NCBI GenBank assembly: GCA_964016885.1
Contig: OZ024741.1
Span: 317,750,001 to 317,814,000 of the forward strand
DNA: 64,000 bases
Direction: 5' to 3'
From: Eledone cirrhosa
Lineage: Eukaryota
The notes beneath the pieces were generated by a model that made no database searches, was not told where the DNA came from, and worked only from the letters and a program-made list of their open reading frames with translations. A program made the translations under genes and the position numbers. The first letter of the stretch is position 1, and each line of letters starts with the position of its first letter. Below, in pieces: positions 28,101-40,569 of the stretch.

Positions 28101-29195
28101 ATAGTTAGGTTATTTGCGTCACAGAATTCCAGGATTCTGGAGCCTTCCTCATTTCTAGTACCGAACCCATAGCCTCCATGGATTCCGTCATAGCCGTCAC
28201 AATGTTGTCCAACGTGACCATTTAGGTCGCCTGCAATAATTATATAGTCACTGTCGGTTATTTGGGAGGTAGTGAGCATCAGTGTCTCGTAGAATCTGTC
28301 TTTTATAGCGCCGGGCAGTCCGGATTGGGGTGCGTACGCAGATATTACTGTCACCGTAGTTTTATTGAGGACAAGTCTTATTTTAATTATTCTGTCGTTC
28401 ACTCTATTTACGTCTATTATCTTATCTGCCCACTTTTCTGCTACCATGATTCCTACCCCACCCAACCCATTGTCATTTCCCACCCAGAAAAGCTTATAGC
28501 ATCGTTCTTTACCCACGATGAATCTAGCCGACCCTCCCCTCCACCTGGTCTCTTGAATACAACAAACATCGACCTCCTTACGTTCAAGCATTTCTACAAC
28601 CTCGTTAGAGCGACCCTTTAAGGTGCCTACATTCATGGTACCAACTCTGAAGTTTTGGATTGCGTTTGGAGGGTGGGAGCGGTGGGGCGTTGGTGGGGGG
28701 GGGGGTTATGTTAGCCATCCTGGGCCGAAACAAGGAGGAGTGCTTGCATTCTCGTCCACGAGGTGAATTTGGCTTTATCTTTGGCATTGTCGCTGAGCGT
28801 CCACATTTTTCTCTCTTCAACTCTCCAGAATTCCGTAGTCCATCCATCATATCGAAAAGCAGCCAGTTAAGCGATAGTATGGGCCTCTGACTTATGATTG
28901 GTCCACGTAATAATGGTGGTGCGTGGGGGCGGGTGGGAGGGATGACGGGTTGTTAGCGAGAATGTAAGGTTTAAGATAAGATCGCCGTATTTTGGGCATA
29001 ATTTAACAATAAACGAAAATACAAGATTTGTTTTGTTTAAGAAAATACGATAGAGAAAATGCGGTGATAGGGAAAATATGATTTTTAGAGAAAAAAATAT
29101 GATATAGAATGGTGAAAATATGATATAGTGTGAAATTAGGACATAGAATAGTGATTGAATGAATGGGTTCGAATGGAGAGAAGAATCGAGAAAAA
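25104..29195 (-). mobile_element. RTE LINE copy B (near full length, pseudogenised)
   Basis: ORF pieces 28636-27497, 27481-26246 and 26265-25609; TAG at 27497; 15-bp duplication (SGITG x2); 8-bp deletion near 26258; 112-bp tandem duplication in the 3'UTR (25209/25321); (GAT)n tail. Confidence 0.93.
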
Positions 29196-29234
29196 TATGT
29201 ATATATGTATATATATATATGTATATATATGTAT

Positions 29235-32200
29235 ATCATCATCATCATCATCATCAACGTTTAACGTCCGTGTTCCACGCTTGCATGGGTTTGGACGGGG
29301 GTTTTCCCACTTGAGGCAAGAGTGATTGTCTTGCTCGCATAGGACTGTCTGGCAGGTTTTCTACAGTTGGATGCCCTTCCTAACACCAACCACATTTACA
29401 GTGTGGGTCTGGGAGGTTTTTACCGTGTTGCCTACACGGCCACATTACAGCGTGGACTGTGTGTTTTTTTGTCGTGACACCTACACGATCTCATTTGTTT
29501 CGGCCTGGATGGTGTGGCACCAACATAACTTTACATAGAAGGGGGCGGTGTGGATGGGGTGGGGGTGGTGGGACGGGGGTGTATTTTGTTAGAGATGCCT
29601 ACTGACTGTAGTAGGTTCTACTATGTATTTAGGTAAGGCGGGTCTTCTCTATTACTGAGTACCGCGAAAGGTCTCGGTCCAGTGACATTGTCTTGGAGAG
29701 GTGTAAGTGTGTGAGGTCGGAGTTTATCAGCTCGTCCCAGGTTTTTCTGGGTCTGCCTATTCCGTGGCTACCGTCTATCTTTATTGCCCTGCACTTTGTT
29801 ATACAACTATTGTCTTTCATGCGCATCACGTGTCCATACCAACGTAGATCCCTCTTATTTCTAATTTTTTCCTTAGTTCGTTTATGCTTTGCCGTTCACG
29901 TATATTACTATTACACATCCAGCGGAGCATGCAAGCTTCGTTCCTCACTAGTCTGCGTATATCCTCTGCACACAATGCCCAGGTCTCACTGCCATGCAAC
30001 ATTGCTGTTCGTATGCAGGCATCATACAACCTGCCTTTCATTTTTAGGGAGAACCCTTTAGAGGCTAATAGTGGTATAAGCTCTCTGAACTTTTTCCATC
30101 CAGTTCTGACTCTAGCTACTGTACTTTCAGAGCACCCTCCCCCACTGCTGATTTTGTCACCCAGGTAACGGAAGCTGTCCACTATTTCTATAGAGCCCTC
30201 TGCGCAGTTGAAAGAGCTAGTATTTGTGGGCACTTGCTGCTACTTATTGCACCAGAGCACCGGCCACATGTGAAATCTATGTTCTTAGTTAGCTTACCTG
30301 TGATCCCACTACATCTTTTATGCACCCATACTTAGCATTTCTGACACAAAATGGAGTTTCTACCTACGCCTTTCCTACACACTGAGCATGGCCACTTCTC
30401 GGAAGGGACCGCCGCCTTATTTTCTTTCCTACAAACTAGAACTTTGGTCTTAGCCAGGTTAATTTTAAGGCCTTTTGATTCTAAGCCGTGCTTCCATGTT
30501 TGGAATTTCTTCTCTAGCTCGGCCATTGATTCAGCTATGAGTGTTAGGCCGTCTGTGTATAGGAGTTCCCATGGGCAGCCGGTCTTGAACTCCTCTGTTA
30601 TAGCCTGAAGGGCAATAATAAATAGTAGGGGCCTGAGAACAGAGCCCTGATGGACGCCAACTTTTACGCTAAACTCTTCACTATATTCGTTGTTAATTCT
30701 AACCTTGCTGACTGTTTCTTTATACATGGCTTGTATAGCTCTCACAAGCCATTCGTCAACACCTAGTTTTCTAAGAGCCCGCCAGATAATGGAACGGGGG
30801 ACTCTGTCGAAGGCTTTCGCCAAGTCGACAAAAGCTAAGTTTAGGGGTTTACTTTTAGCTAGGTACTGCTCCTGTAGTTGTCGTACAATGAAAAGAGTGT
30901 CTGTGGTACTTTTGCCTGACACAAACCCGAACTGCATTTCATCGAGGTCAATTCTCTCTCTGGTTAGTTGCGCTATTACTTTTTCCGTGACCTTCATGAC
31001 CTGGTCGATTAATTTAATGCCTCTATAGTTACTCCTATCTAGGGCATCTCCTTTACCCTTATAACAGTTAACGATGATGCTGCTACGCCAGTCCTTCGGA
31101 ACAACCCCATTATGTACGACTTGGTTAACTATCCGGGTGACCATGGTGTGTCCCACCGTGCCAGATGCCTTCAGCATCTCAGCAACTATTTCCGAAGGCC
31201 CAGCTGCCTTACCCGTCTTCATATCCTTGATTGCCTTACTTATTATACTACCCTCAACTAACACTGCTGGTCCCTCTATTGGGTCGATGTGGGGGAGACT
31301 GTCTTTCTCCCATTTATTCTCCTCATTTAGTAGCCTTTCATAGTGACACTTCCAAGCTACCTTCTTATCAGCGTCGGTGATGGCAAGTATGCCGTCATCA
31401 TTAAGTACACACTTCTCCCCGACAATATCACGGTTTTCCTTGACACATTGCCTAGCAATCCTGAACACCTCACGTTTTTGGTCCTCGCGTTGTAGAACAT
31501 GCTTGAACTTTCTTTCCTCTGCTTCCCTTCTTGCGAAGTACACTTGTCTCCTAGCTTCCCTCCTGGCCACTTGATAGTCTTCTCTACTTCCCCCATCCCG
31601 CCATACTTTCCAAGCCTGCTTTTTGGCCTTAATTGACCCCTCCACCTTACTGTTCCACCACCATGTTACTCTCCTCCTGCCTACAGGCCTGCTCCAGCCA
31701 CAGACTTCGTCTGCCGCCATCAGCAGGTTTGCTTTCAGGAATTCCCACTGCTCCTCTATATTGTACGACTCTAATTGCTCTTCCTTACTGTCGAAAGCAT
31801 CAAGTAGTATGCTTTTAAATTTATTTCTGGCTGTGGGGTCCTTTAGCTTCCATATTTTTCTCCTGAGGATAGTCCTCTTCTGTTGTCTAGTCCGTCTCGT
31901 CCTGACTATGAGGTCGCTAATTATCAGTCTATGTTGGGAGCTGCATTCTTCATGGGGGAGGGATTTAGTGTTTACAACAGACACTCTGTCACGTCTTCTG
32001 GTAAGGATATAATCTACCTGGCTTGTGTGTTCCCCGGATCTATAGGTGATCAGGTGATTGTCACGTTTTTTGAAGTTAGTGTTACAGATAGTTAGGTTAT
32101 TTGCGTCACAGAATTCCAGGATTCTGGAGCCTTCCTCATTTCTAGTACCAAACCCATAGCCTTCATGGATTTCGTTGTAGCTGTCACAATGTTGTCCAAC

Positions 32201-32247
32201 GTGACCATTTAGGTCGCCTGCAATAATTATATAGTCACTGTTGGTTA
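29235..32247 (-). mobile_element. RTE LINE copy C, 5'-truncated within APE
   Basis: Collinear with copy A; TAA at 30332; small deletions near 29846 and 30224. Confidence 0.93.
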
Positions 32248-32392
32248 TATATGTATATATATATATGAATATATGTATGTATATATATGTATATATATAT
32301 ATGAATATATGTATGTATATATATGTATATATATATATGAATATATGTATGTATATATATATATGAATATATGTATGTATATATGTATATAT

Positions 32393-33117
32393 AATACGCA
32401 GACTAGAGAGGAACGAAGCTTGCATGCTCCGCTGGATGTGTAACAGTAATATACGTGAACGGCAAAGCATAAACGAACTAAGGAAAAAATTAGAGATAAG
32501 AGGGATCAGATGTTGTTTACTCGAGAGAAGGCTACGTTGGTATGGACACGTGATGCGCATGAAAGTCGATAGCTGTATAACAAAGTGCAGGGCAATAAAG
32601 ATAGACGGTAGCCACGGAATAGGCAGACCTAGAAAAACCTGGGACGAGCTGATAAACTCCGACCTCACACACTTACACCTCTCCAAGACAATGTCACTGG
32701 ACTGAGACCTTTGGCGGTACTCAGTAACAGAGAAGACCCGCCTTGCCAGTAGGCATCTCTAACAAAATACACCCCGTCCCGCCACCACCCCCACCCATCC
32801 ACACCACCCCGTCCTATGTAAAGTTATGTTGGTGCCGCGCCATCCAGGCTGAAACAAATGAGATCGTGTAGGTGTCACGACAAAAAAACACACAGTCCAC
32901 GCTGTAATGTGGCCGTGTAGGCAACACGGTAAAAACCTCCCAGACCCACACTGTAAATGTGCTTGGTGTTAGGAAGGGCATCCAACTGTAGAAAACCTGC
33001 CAGACAGTCCTATGCGAGCAAGACAATCACTCTTGCCTCAAGTGGGACTACCCCCGTCCAAACCCATGCAAGCGTGGAACACGGACGTTAAACGTTGATG
33101 ATGATGATGATGATGAT
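32393..33117 (+). mobile_element. RTE 3' fragment in opposite orientation to copy C
   Basis: MLRWMC...RRLRWYGHV...GRPRKTW, 3'UTR and (GAT)n tail. Confidence 0.92.
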
Positions 33118-33118
33118 G

Positions 33119-33153
<35 letters not shown>

Positions 33154-33370
33154 GTATATATATGTATGTATATATATATGTATGTATATATATATGTATG
33201 TATATATATATGTATATATATATATGTATATATATGTATGTATATATATATGTATATATATGTATGTATATATATATATGTATGTATATATATATATATG
33301 TATATATATATGTATATATATATGTATGTATATATATATATGTATGTATATATATATATGTATGTATATA

Positions 33371-33413
<43 letters not shown>

Positions 33414-33559
33414 GTATATATATATATGTATGTATATAAGTGAGTTTTTTTTCTTTTTTTTTTTTGCGCGGGGACATAGAAATAATCGGGCTGGATGCCC
33501 GATCGCGCAGTTAAACCACTGGGAGTGAAGAAATATTAATAATTATTAATAGTGTACTA

Positions 33560-33590
<31 letters not shown>

Positions 33591-33679
33591 TATTATTACT
33601 TTTTTTTTTTTTCGAATTCAATGATGTTCCAGAACAATATAAAAGAGATAATTTGAAATTTAGGTTCTGCAACAAAAAA

Positions 33680-34010
33680 GATAATTGGCAATAAGGGTAG
33701 GGGCCCCAGGTTATCACAGCCTGGGGCCACTCGTCATCGTGCCATTGTAATAGAGCCAAACAAGGCATTTAGTCTTGGCTGCTGGAACGTTCGGACGCTG
33801 CTTGACAGGGATTCCTTGGAGCGTCCTGAATGAAGGACCGCTCTTGTTGCAAAGGAGCTTCGACGTTACGACCTTGACATCGTGGCTTTATCTGAGACGA
33901 GGTTAGCTGGAGATGGTCATCCTACAGAATTTTGTGGAGAATATACATTATTCTGGAAAGGAAGAGATGAAGGAACCAGAAGAGAGGCTGGGGTAGGATT
34001 TGCTGTTAAG
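33680..34010 (+). mobile_element. Fragment of a second RTE family (BovB-like APE N-terminus)
   Basis: Translates WNVRTLLD..RPE*RTALVAKELRRYDLDIVALSETRL..G...FWKG...GVGFAVK. Confidence 0.8.
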
Positions 34011-34266
34011 ACTGTACAACAAGCTGTCGAGGGATCTGAGAGATCTGCATGGTGTGGAGGTGGATGTCTTCAAGAAACATCTCAACACCTTGCTCTCCAG
34101 GATCCCGGATGAACCCACAGCAAGGCATGAGGGAAACCTAAGAGCAGCAGCAACGAACTCCCTCTTGCACCAGTGGGCAACCAATACAGGCTGGAGATAT
34201 AATGTGTAGCAACAAGGGCGGTGCCCCAGCATGGCCTCAGCCGGATGGCTGGAACAGGTAAAAGAG

Positions 34267-34272
<6 letters not shown>
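34005..34272 (+). mobile_element. 3' end of a CR1-group LINE fused to the APE fragment
   Basis: RLYNKL...FKKHL..LL..IPDEP.....A.NSLL resembles the C-terminus at 56063-56250; tail ggcggtgccccagcatggcc...gtaaaagagtaaaa. Confidence 0.7.
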
Positions 34273-34298
<26 letters not shown>

Positions 34299-34801
34299 TC
34301 TACTAAAAGTCTGTGATTGGTTGCTTGCTTGTCTGTAATGTAATACAGCCAAAAGGGCGCATAATGGGAAAATACTTTGAAAGAAAGTTGTCCCTCAAAT
34401 GGAATAAAATAAGTTTCGCGTAAATCGGACCACTGGTTCCCGAGATATGGGATTTTTCTGCGTATCTTTATAAACAGAGAGAGAGAAAGAGGTAGTGGTT
34501 GTGAGAGAGTAGATTGAAAGAGAGACATAGGGAGAGGAGAAAGATAAGGAAAATGGAAGGGAGCTGGTGGTGTTGTGTATATATGTATGTGTGTGTGTGT
34601 GTCTATGACCAGTATATATAGATCACAGACACCCACATATATATACATACTCACATGTATATATATGGGCCTTCCAGTTTCATTTCACATTATATACATG
34701 TCTGTATATATTTTAATTATATAAAAAATTATTTTTAAGCGAACATGACTTTTAAAAACATATTTGAAGTGAACGTGACCCAACAGGTCACGCATGGTCT
34801 A

Positions 34802-34802
<1 letters not shown>
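34299..34802 (+). mobile_element. Non-autonomous Helitron-like element
   Basis: 5' TCTACT; 3' hairpin CGTGACC-caaca-GGTCACG (34774-34792), then CTAG|T. The 5' flank is T rather than the canonical A. Confidence 0.65.
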
Positions 34803-34849
<47 letters not shown>

Positions 34850-34854
<5 letters not shown>

Positions 34855-35245
34855 AAGTGCAATGCTGCATGGTAGCAAAACATGGCAGTGACTGCGAAGG
34901 ACATGCGTAGGCTAGAAAGAAATTAAACTACTATGCTTTGTTGGATGTGCAATGTAAATGTGAGAGAAAGGCAGAGTTTTGATTAACTGAGGGAAAAAGT
35001 GGTGTGCAAGAGAGAAGTCTGCATTGGTATGTACATGTAATGCGCATGGATGATGATCACTGGGTGATGGAGTGCCAGGAAATACAAGTGGTAGGAAGCC
35101 GCAGTAGCGATAGACCAAGGAAGACCAGGGTCGAGTGGGGAGAGCTGATCTCAAATCTGAGAGACTCGCAGAGGAATGTGACAGGTGGAGAGATGCTGTG
35201 CTGAAAAGGACCTGTCCAACCCATGTGAAAATATGATGATGATGA
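34850..35245 (+). mobile_element. Old, degenerate RTE 3' end
   Basis: AMLHGS...; QERSLHWYVHVMRMDDD...RPRKT; (GAT)n tail. Confidence 0.75.
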
Positions 35246-35433
35246 TATATATATGTGTGTACGTATATATGTATGTGTGTGTATATATATATATAGAGAA
35301 AAGATAACAAGGACGATTGGTTACTCCTTCATTACATTTATTGGTAGGTGATGCGCGGTTCGCCACTGATCAGCTCAAGGTTCGATCTGTATCGATCTTA
35401 CCCGACTCTATAATACGCAGCTCGGCAGACCCC

Positions 35434-36080
35434 TTAAAATGCTAGTAGAAAATGAATACATGCTATACGATAAAGTCAGAAGTTCATATGTTGGTCAATA
35501 AGGCTTGTTTTGATTGGTGGAATAGATCATAGGGATGTTTTCGCCTGTAGTGTATGTGGGGGTGGATGTGATGATAAGATGGTGGTGACTGTCTCAGGTT
35601 GAGATGGGCTGTGGGTGTGGGGGTGGTGGATTGTCGGTAGACAGATTGGTGTGTATTTGTGGTTGATTTTGTGGTGTGGGTGTGGTGTTGTTGTTCATGG
35701 TAATGGTGTTTATGGTGGTGTGGTGGATGTGTTGGTGGTGTCAAATACAATGAGGAGATACATACCTATACACACTGACATATGCACACATACGCACACA
35801 CACATACATACACATATATATACACATATATCCCGAAAAACAATAAAACATTAAAACGAAAACAGTCATGATATAAGTTAAAACAATGAAATAAAAAATC
35901 AAGTCATTAGAAATATACTTCACTTCTTTACGATCGTTTCTAGGTAATGATAATACATTGTAACTATACTTTGTTATCGATCTATGTAAGGTTAGTTAAA
36001 TATCAGATAAAGAGAATATTTACTTACATGCATATCACCAGCTGTTGTCAAAAGCATATACACACATATATATATATATA

Positions 36081-36118
<38 letters not shown>

Positions 36119-36240
36119 GAGGGTGGGGGGGGGGGGGGGGTGTCAGTGGGGATGGCGTAGTACATAGATAGAGGGAGAGGGCGAGCCAATGGAGATTGTA
36201 CATATAAATATGTACAATGGTGTTGTACATATAAATATAT
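35434..36240. repeat. Dispersed repeat unit, directly repeated at 38870-39365
   Basis: 35434-35765 matches 38870-39180, and 36060-36235 matches 39245-39360. Confidence 0.8.
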
Positions 36241-36249
36241 ATATATATA

Positions 36250-37130
36250 CTAGCAGAAGTACCCGGCGTTGCCCTGGTGTAAGTCGACCTTTGCTCTGTT
36301 GTTAAAATGTGTGCAAGTTACTTCCCGCGCATCACAGGTGCAACATTGTTGTTGGGGTTCACGCTGTTGTTGGTGTTGTTATTGTCTACACCAAAGGAGG
36401 TCATCAAGAAACAGGAGTTGTATTTCCACATGTTACGGCGGAATGTTGTAGCCTGTCGTCACCTGTAAGTAGATTGAGAAGAACGTCTGGCGGTTCAGCC
36501 AATGCCTCTAGTTGCACCTTACCTCCTGCACAGCACATAGAGGGCGCCTTGCCTGACCAATTCATTGCCTTGCAGGATGTACAGACATCCATTTTGCCAA
36601 TGGAAACTGTAGGCAGAAGTCCGTAATCCTCAGAGGGGTTATATCTGAAGGCTGCTTTTACCCAGCCTGAGCTCTTGGCAGCAGTAGCTAATGTATGCCG
36701 GGAAAGCTTAGCAGCAAGCCTGTTGTCTCTCTCTGCCGTGGACTCCTCTGCAAGCGCTTGTTGACTACGAAGGCGAACCCCAGCAAGCCTCGTTTGACGG
36801 GATGTTGGTGACGAAGGCGCACGCCAGCAAGCCGCGTCGTACGGGATGTTGGTGACTCCTCCGCAAGCGCTTGTTGGCAACGAAGGCGAACATCAGCAAG
36901 CCTCGTCGTACGGGATGTTGGTGGCTCCTCCGCAAGCGCTTGTTGGCAACGAAGGCGAACATCAGCAAGCCTCGTCGTACGGGATGTTGGTGGCTCCTCC
37001 ACAAGCGCTTGTTGGCAACGAAGGCGAACATCAGCAAGCCTCGTCGTACGGGATGTTGGTGACTCAACTAGCTGGGAAAGACGTCTATCAGCGAGTCGAG
37101 ATTCGCACTCAGCAGGTGTTTCCTAGAGAA
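36250..37130 (-). mobile_element. Internally deleted Helitron (N-terminal coding remnant joined to the 3' terminus); 5' end not located
   Basis: Minus 3' end: imperfect hairpin CCAGGGCAACGCCGGG, then CTAG|T at 36250. Peptide AAFRYNP..DY....IGKMDVC..C.A..W......CC.GGKV.L..L.EPP is typical of the RepHel N-terminus. 69-bp repeats upstream. Confidence 0.8.
36767..37065 (-). repeat. 69-bp tandem repeat encoding 23-aa STPR-like units
   Basis: Period 69 (36881, 36950, 37019); EEPPTSRTTRLADVRLRCQQALA. Confidence 0.8.
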
Positions 37131-37562
37131 AGTTAATTAATGCTACTGGTTAGCTAAGCCAAAGACACTGTGCCAATAGTAAATGAGAAAAGTGTAATAT
37201 GAACAAAAGGGAATCAAGGTAAGACAATAAATTTAATATAACTACGATTAGAATGTTGTAGTTGCTTAAAAGTGGTGACAGTTAGGATAAACGCAGTGCT
37301 TGCTAACATTAAGGGAGAATATTGCATAAAGGATTAACCAATTGTGAATGAGCGCATACCTGAGAATGCCTAATTCGTAGTCTCAAAGCAGTAGCTGTAT
37401 CTTTTTTGGAAGTAAGTCTTGAACGTTTCCGTGTGGGCATAACGACGTGTAATGAAGCTGTTAGGTTAGAGAGGGGTGCTTAAGTACAGAGAGAGGTGAC
37501 ACTAGATTCGCTAGCATGGTTACTGGTGAATGGGAAGGTTTGGAAATATGATTATAATAACT

Positions 37563-37823
37563 TACCGAATTTTCCAGCCTATAAAGTGCACTTAAAATAC
37601 CTAAATTTCATTAAAAAAACAGCTCCGCGCTTTATACTCCGGTGAGCCTTATGTATAAATAATACAATGGTAATCAATCACGGCTCTAACAGAAGTAATA
37701 GATCTAGACTAAAAGTAAAGAAGATAGCATTTTCCTGGTTGGCCTTACATGCTGTTGCGCGGACCTGATTTTAAATGATACGCCTTATATCCCAGTGAGC
37801 CTTATAGAGTGGAAAATACGGTA
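37563..37823. mobile_element. pogo/Tigger-type MITE with TA flanks
   Basis: Imperfect TIRs TA-CCGAATTTTCCAGCCTATAA ... TTATAGAGTGGAAAATACGG-TA. Confidence 0.75.
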
Positions 37824-38869
37824 TCTATTGGAAAAGAATACGAATTCATGACCAAGGTGTGACAAAATTGGCGTCTATAGAGTGCCTGAAACAAACTTGT
37901 CCAAAACCCTGGGATCTTTCTCGTTAAGTATCCACCCAAAGGGAACCGTTTCTTAGTTACAAAAAATAACCAAAGTGAATAGTAGCTATATTTCTGACAT
38001 ATGCCAAAAAGAACAATATATTCAAAAAATTTTCTAAAGTACCACCGATGTCTTAATAAGCAAATTATCGATTTTTTTTTATTAGCTGTCAGTGTTTATC
38101 TGCATGCAGGTGTGTTTGTGTGCGCAATCAATTGCACTGCATGCAGATGGTCTATGACAACTAATTAAAAAATTAAAGAACAATAGCAATTTGCAAATAC
38201 GCTCATAACATTTAGTCGTAAACAGAATAAAAAATGCCATTAGAGGTGGGTTAATAATGGAAAAGACACAAACCCTGGTGAACTTACGTTTAAAAACCCG
38301 AAAACTTACTCACTTCCTGTGCAAAAGGCTGTGACAGTAGTGTTATGAATTAATTTTTTAGAACCTTTTGTTTAAAAAAGGAAAAAATTGGTACGGACGT
38401 AACATTTTTTACAACTTTGTATGTGTCCAATACAACTTGGTCAAAGTATTATTTAGTAAATAATAAGCACTAACTCACCGATAAGTAATGGGCAAATTCT
38501 GTAAAGGTCCGTTTAGTGAGACGGCCGGATATATTGTTGTTCACAAAAAGCGGATACACACAAAGAAAAAAAGGCGGTTCGCACGTTCGTGGATTCCTGT
38601 TTGTGTATCTATCGTTGAGAAAACATACTGCTTGTGGTATAGACAGGCCGTCCAATCAATAACGCGCGAGTCACAGTGTGCGCATGCTTATATGGGCATA
38701 TGAAATTGATTTTGATTGCGCCAAGTGTAAACTAAAAGTGCTTGTGTTCGAATACATACACATTAAATTTCATTGAAATGGAAAGATTTAAAAAAAAAAT
38801 ATGAAAAACATTGTCATATATTTTGTTGACTGTACAATTATTTAAGAATTAAGAATTCTACTCAAAGAA

Positions 38870-39365
38870 TTAAAATGCTTGTAGAAAATGAATACATGCT
38901 ATATGATAAAGTCAGAAGTTCATATGTTGGTCAATAAGGCTTGTTTTGATTGGTGGAATAGATCATAGGGATGTTTTTTGCCTGTAGTGTATGTGGGGGT
39001 GGATGTGATGATAAGATGGTGGTGACTGTCTCAGGTTGAGATGGGCTGTGGGTGTGGGTGTGTGTGTGGGGGGGGGGCTTGTCGGTAGACAGATTGGTGT
39101 GTATTTGTGGCTGATTATTGTGTGTGGTGTAGGTGTGGTGGATGTGTTGGTGGTGTCAAATACAATGAGGAGATACATAGCTAGACACACTTAGTCTGAC
39201 AAAAACGTTGTATACATACACATAGACACACATACACACACACATACATACACATATATATACACGTGTGTGTGTATAGAGAGAGGGGGAGTGTCAGTGG
39301 GGATGGCGTAGTACATAGAGGGAGGGGGAGAGCCAATGGAGATGGCTTTGTACATATATATATAT
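38870..39365. repeat. Second copy of the 35434-36240 unit (with a different, shorter middle)
   Basis: Direct sequence match. Confidence 0.8.
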
Positions 39366-39420
39366 ATATATAAAAAACATTAGAAGAAAGAGAAATACTG
39401 CGTGGTTGCACATGAGTTAC

Positions 39421-39910
39421 ATATAAAATTAGTCCCTCGTCAGTGATTTACCAACCATCATTGGTATTTCATCGCATTAAAAATCATATACCTCAGGTTG
39501 GTGCGAACAATAACTAAAAAAAGCTATTGGGACAAGTAAATCGCGTAAAGCGAGTGAGACAAGTAAACAACATAGAAGGATAAAGGCAAACCGAAGATTC
39601 TCACTTCCTCCTGTTTCGTTGGTAGTGGGGTTCTTTCCTTCTTTCTCACATCTCACTCACGTCGGACGGTCTGTATTCTGAACGCTCATGAAATTCACCC
39701 AGCTTATGCTGACCGGATAACCATGTTGCTTGTTTTTTTTCCTATCTTCGGTTTGCCTTTATCCTTCTATGTTGTTTACTTGTCTCACTCACTTTACGCA
39801 ATTCACTTGTCCCAATAGCTTTTTTTAGTTATTGCTCTCACCAATCTGAGGTATATGATTTTTAATGCGATGAAATACCAATGATGGTTGGCAAATCACT
39901 GACGAGGGAC

Positions 39911-39921
<11 letters not shown>
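39421..39921. mobile_element. Foldback element: 178-bp inverted arms, 145-bp spacer
   Basis: 39421-39598 is the near-perfect reverse complement of 39744-39921; TA-rich flanks. Confidence 0.85.
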
Positions 39922-39972
<51 letters not shown>

Positions 39973-40184
39973 GTTAACTATATGTCTACAGGCTATCAGA
40001 AATAATGGGTAAATTTTCTATAGCTGTGAATCGCGGATAAAGAGCTGTATCATTTATCTACTATTTCTTCATAGGTATATTTTAAACCTATAGCCTCGTT
40101 TAAATGATTTTTTGTGTGGTTAATTTATGCTGATTGGGAAAAGAAATACTGTATATATTTTATCTAATGTTTCTATGGACTGAC

Positions 40185-40237
<53 letters not shown>

Positions 40238-40569
40238 TTACACACAGACGCACACACTTGCGTTGTTTAGGGGGGGAAAGTATGTGTTGGCAATGTTTAT
40301 GATGTTAATGATTGTTGGAGCATGGAGATGTGCCTTGTGGTGGCAGTGGTGGTGTTGTGAGCGACAAAAAATATACAGGATCGAATTATACATTGGGTTA
40401 CAGGTTAAAAAGTGACATAGGGAACACGGGTAAAACAAGGTTGTGAATATATAGCGATGTGTGTGGTAGTGGTGGTGGCGATGGGGTGATATGTTCAACA
40501 AAGTAACTCCAAGTTACACTCCCTAGATATATATATATATATATATATATTATGTCATCCCATAAATAA

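Noticed and set aside
30332-32686. 784-aa ORF as one protein
   Set aside because: Its N-terminus is the antisense of an inverted RTE fragment plus microsatellite; only the part below 32247 is RTE ORF.
36767-37065. CRISPR-like array
   Set aside because: Contiguous 69-bp coding repeats with no unique spacers, in a eukaryotic context.
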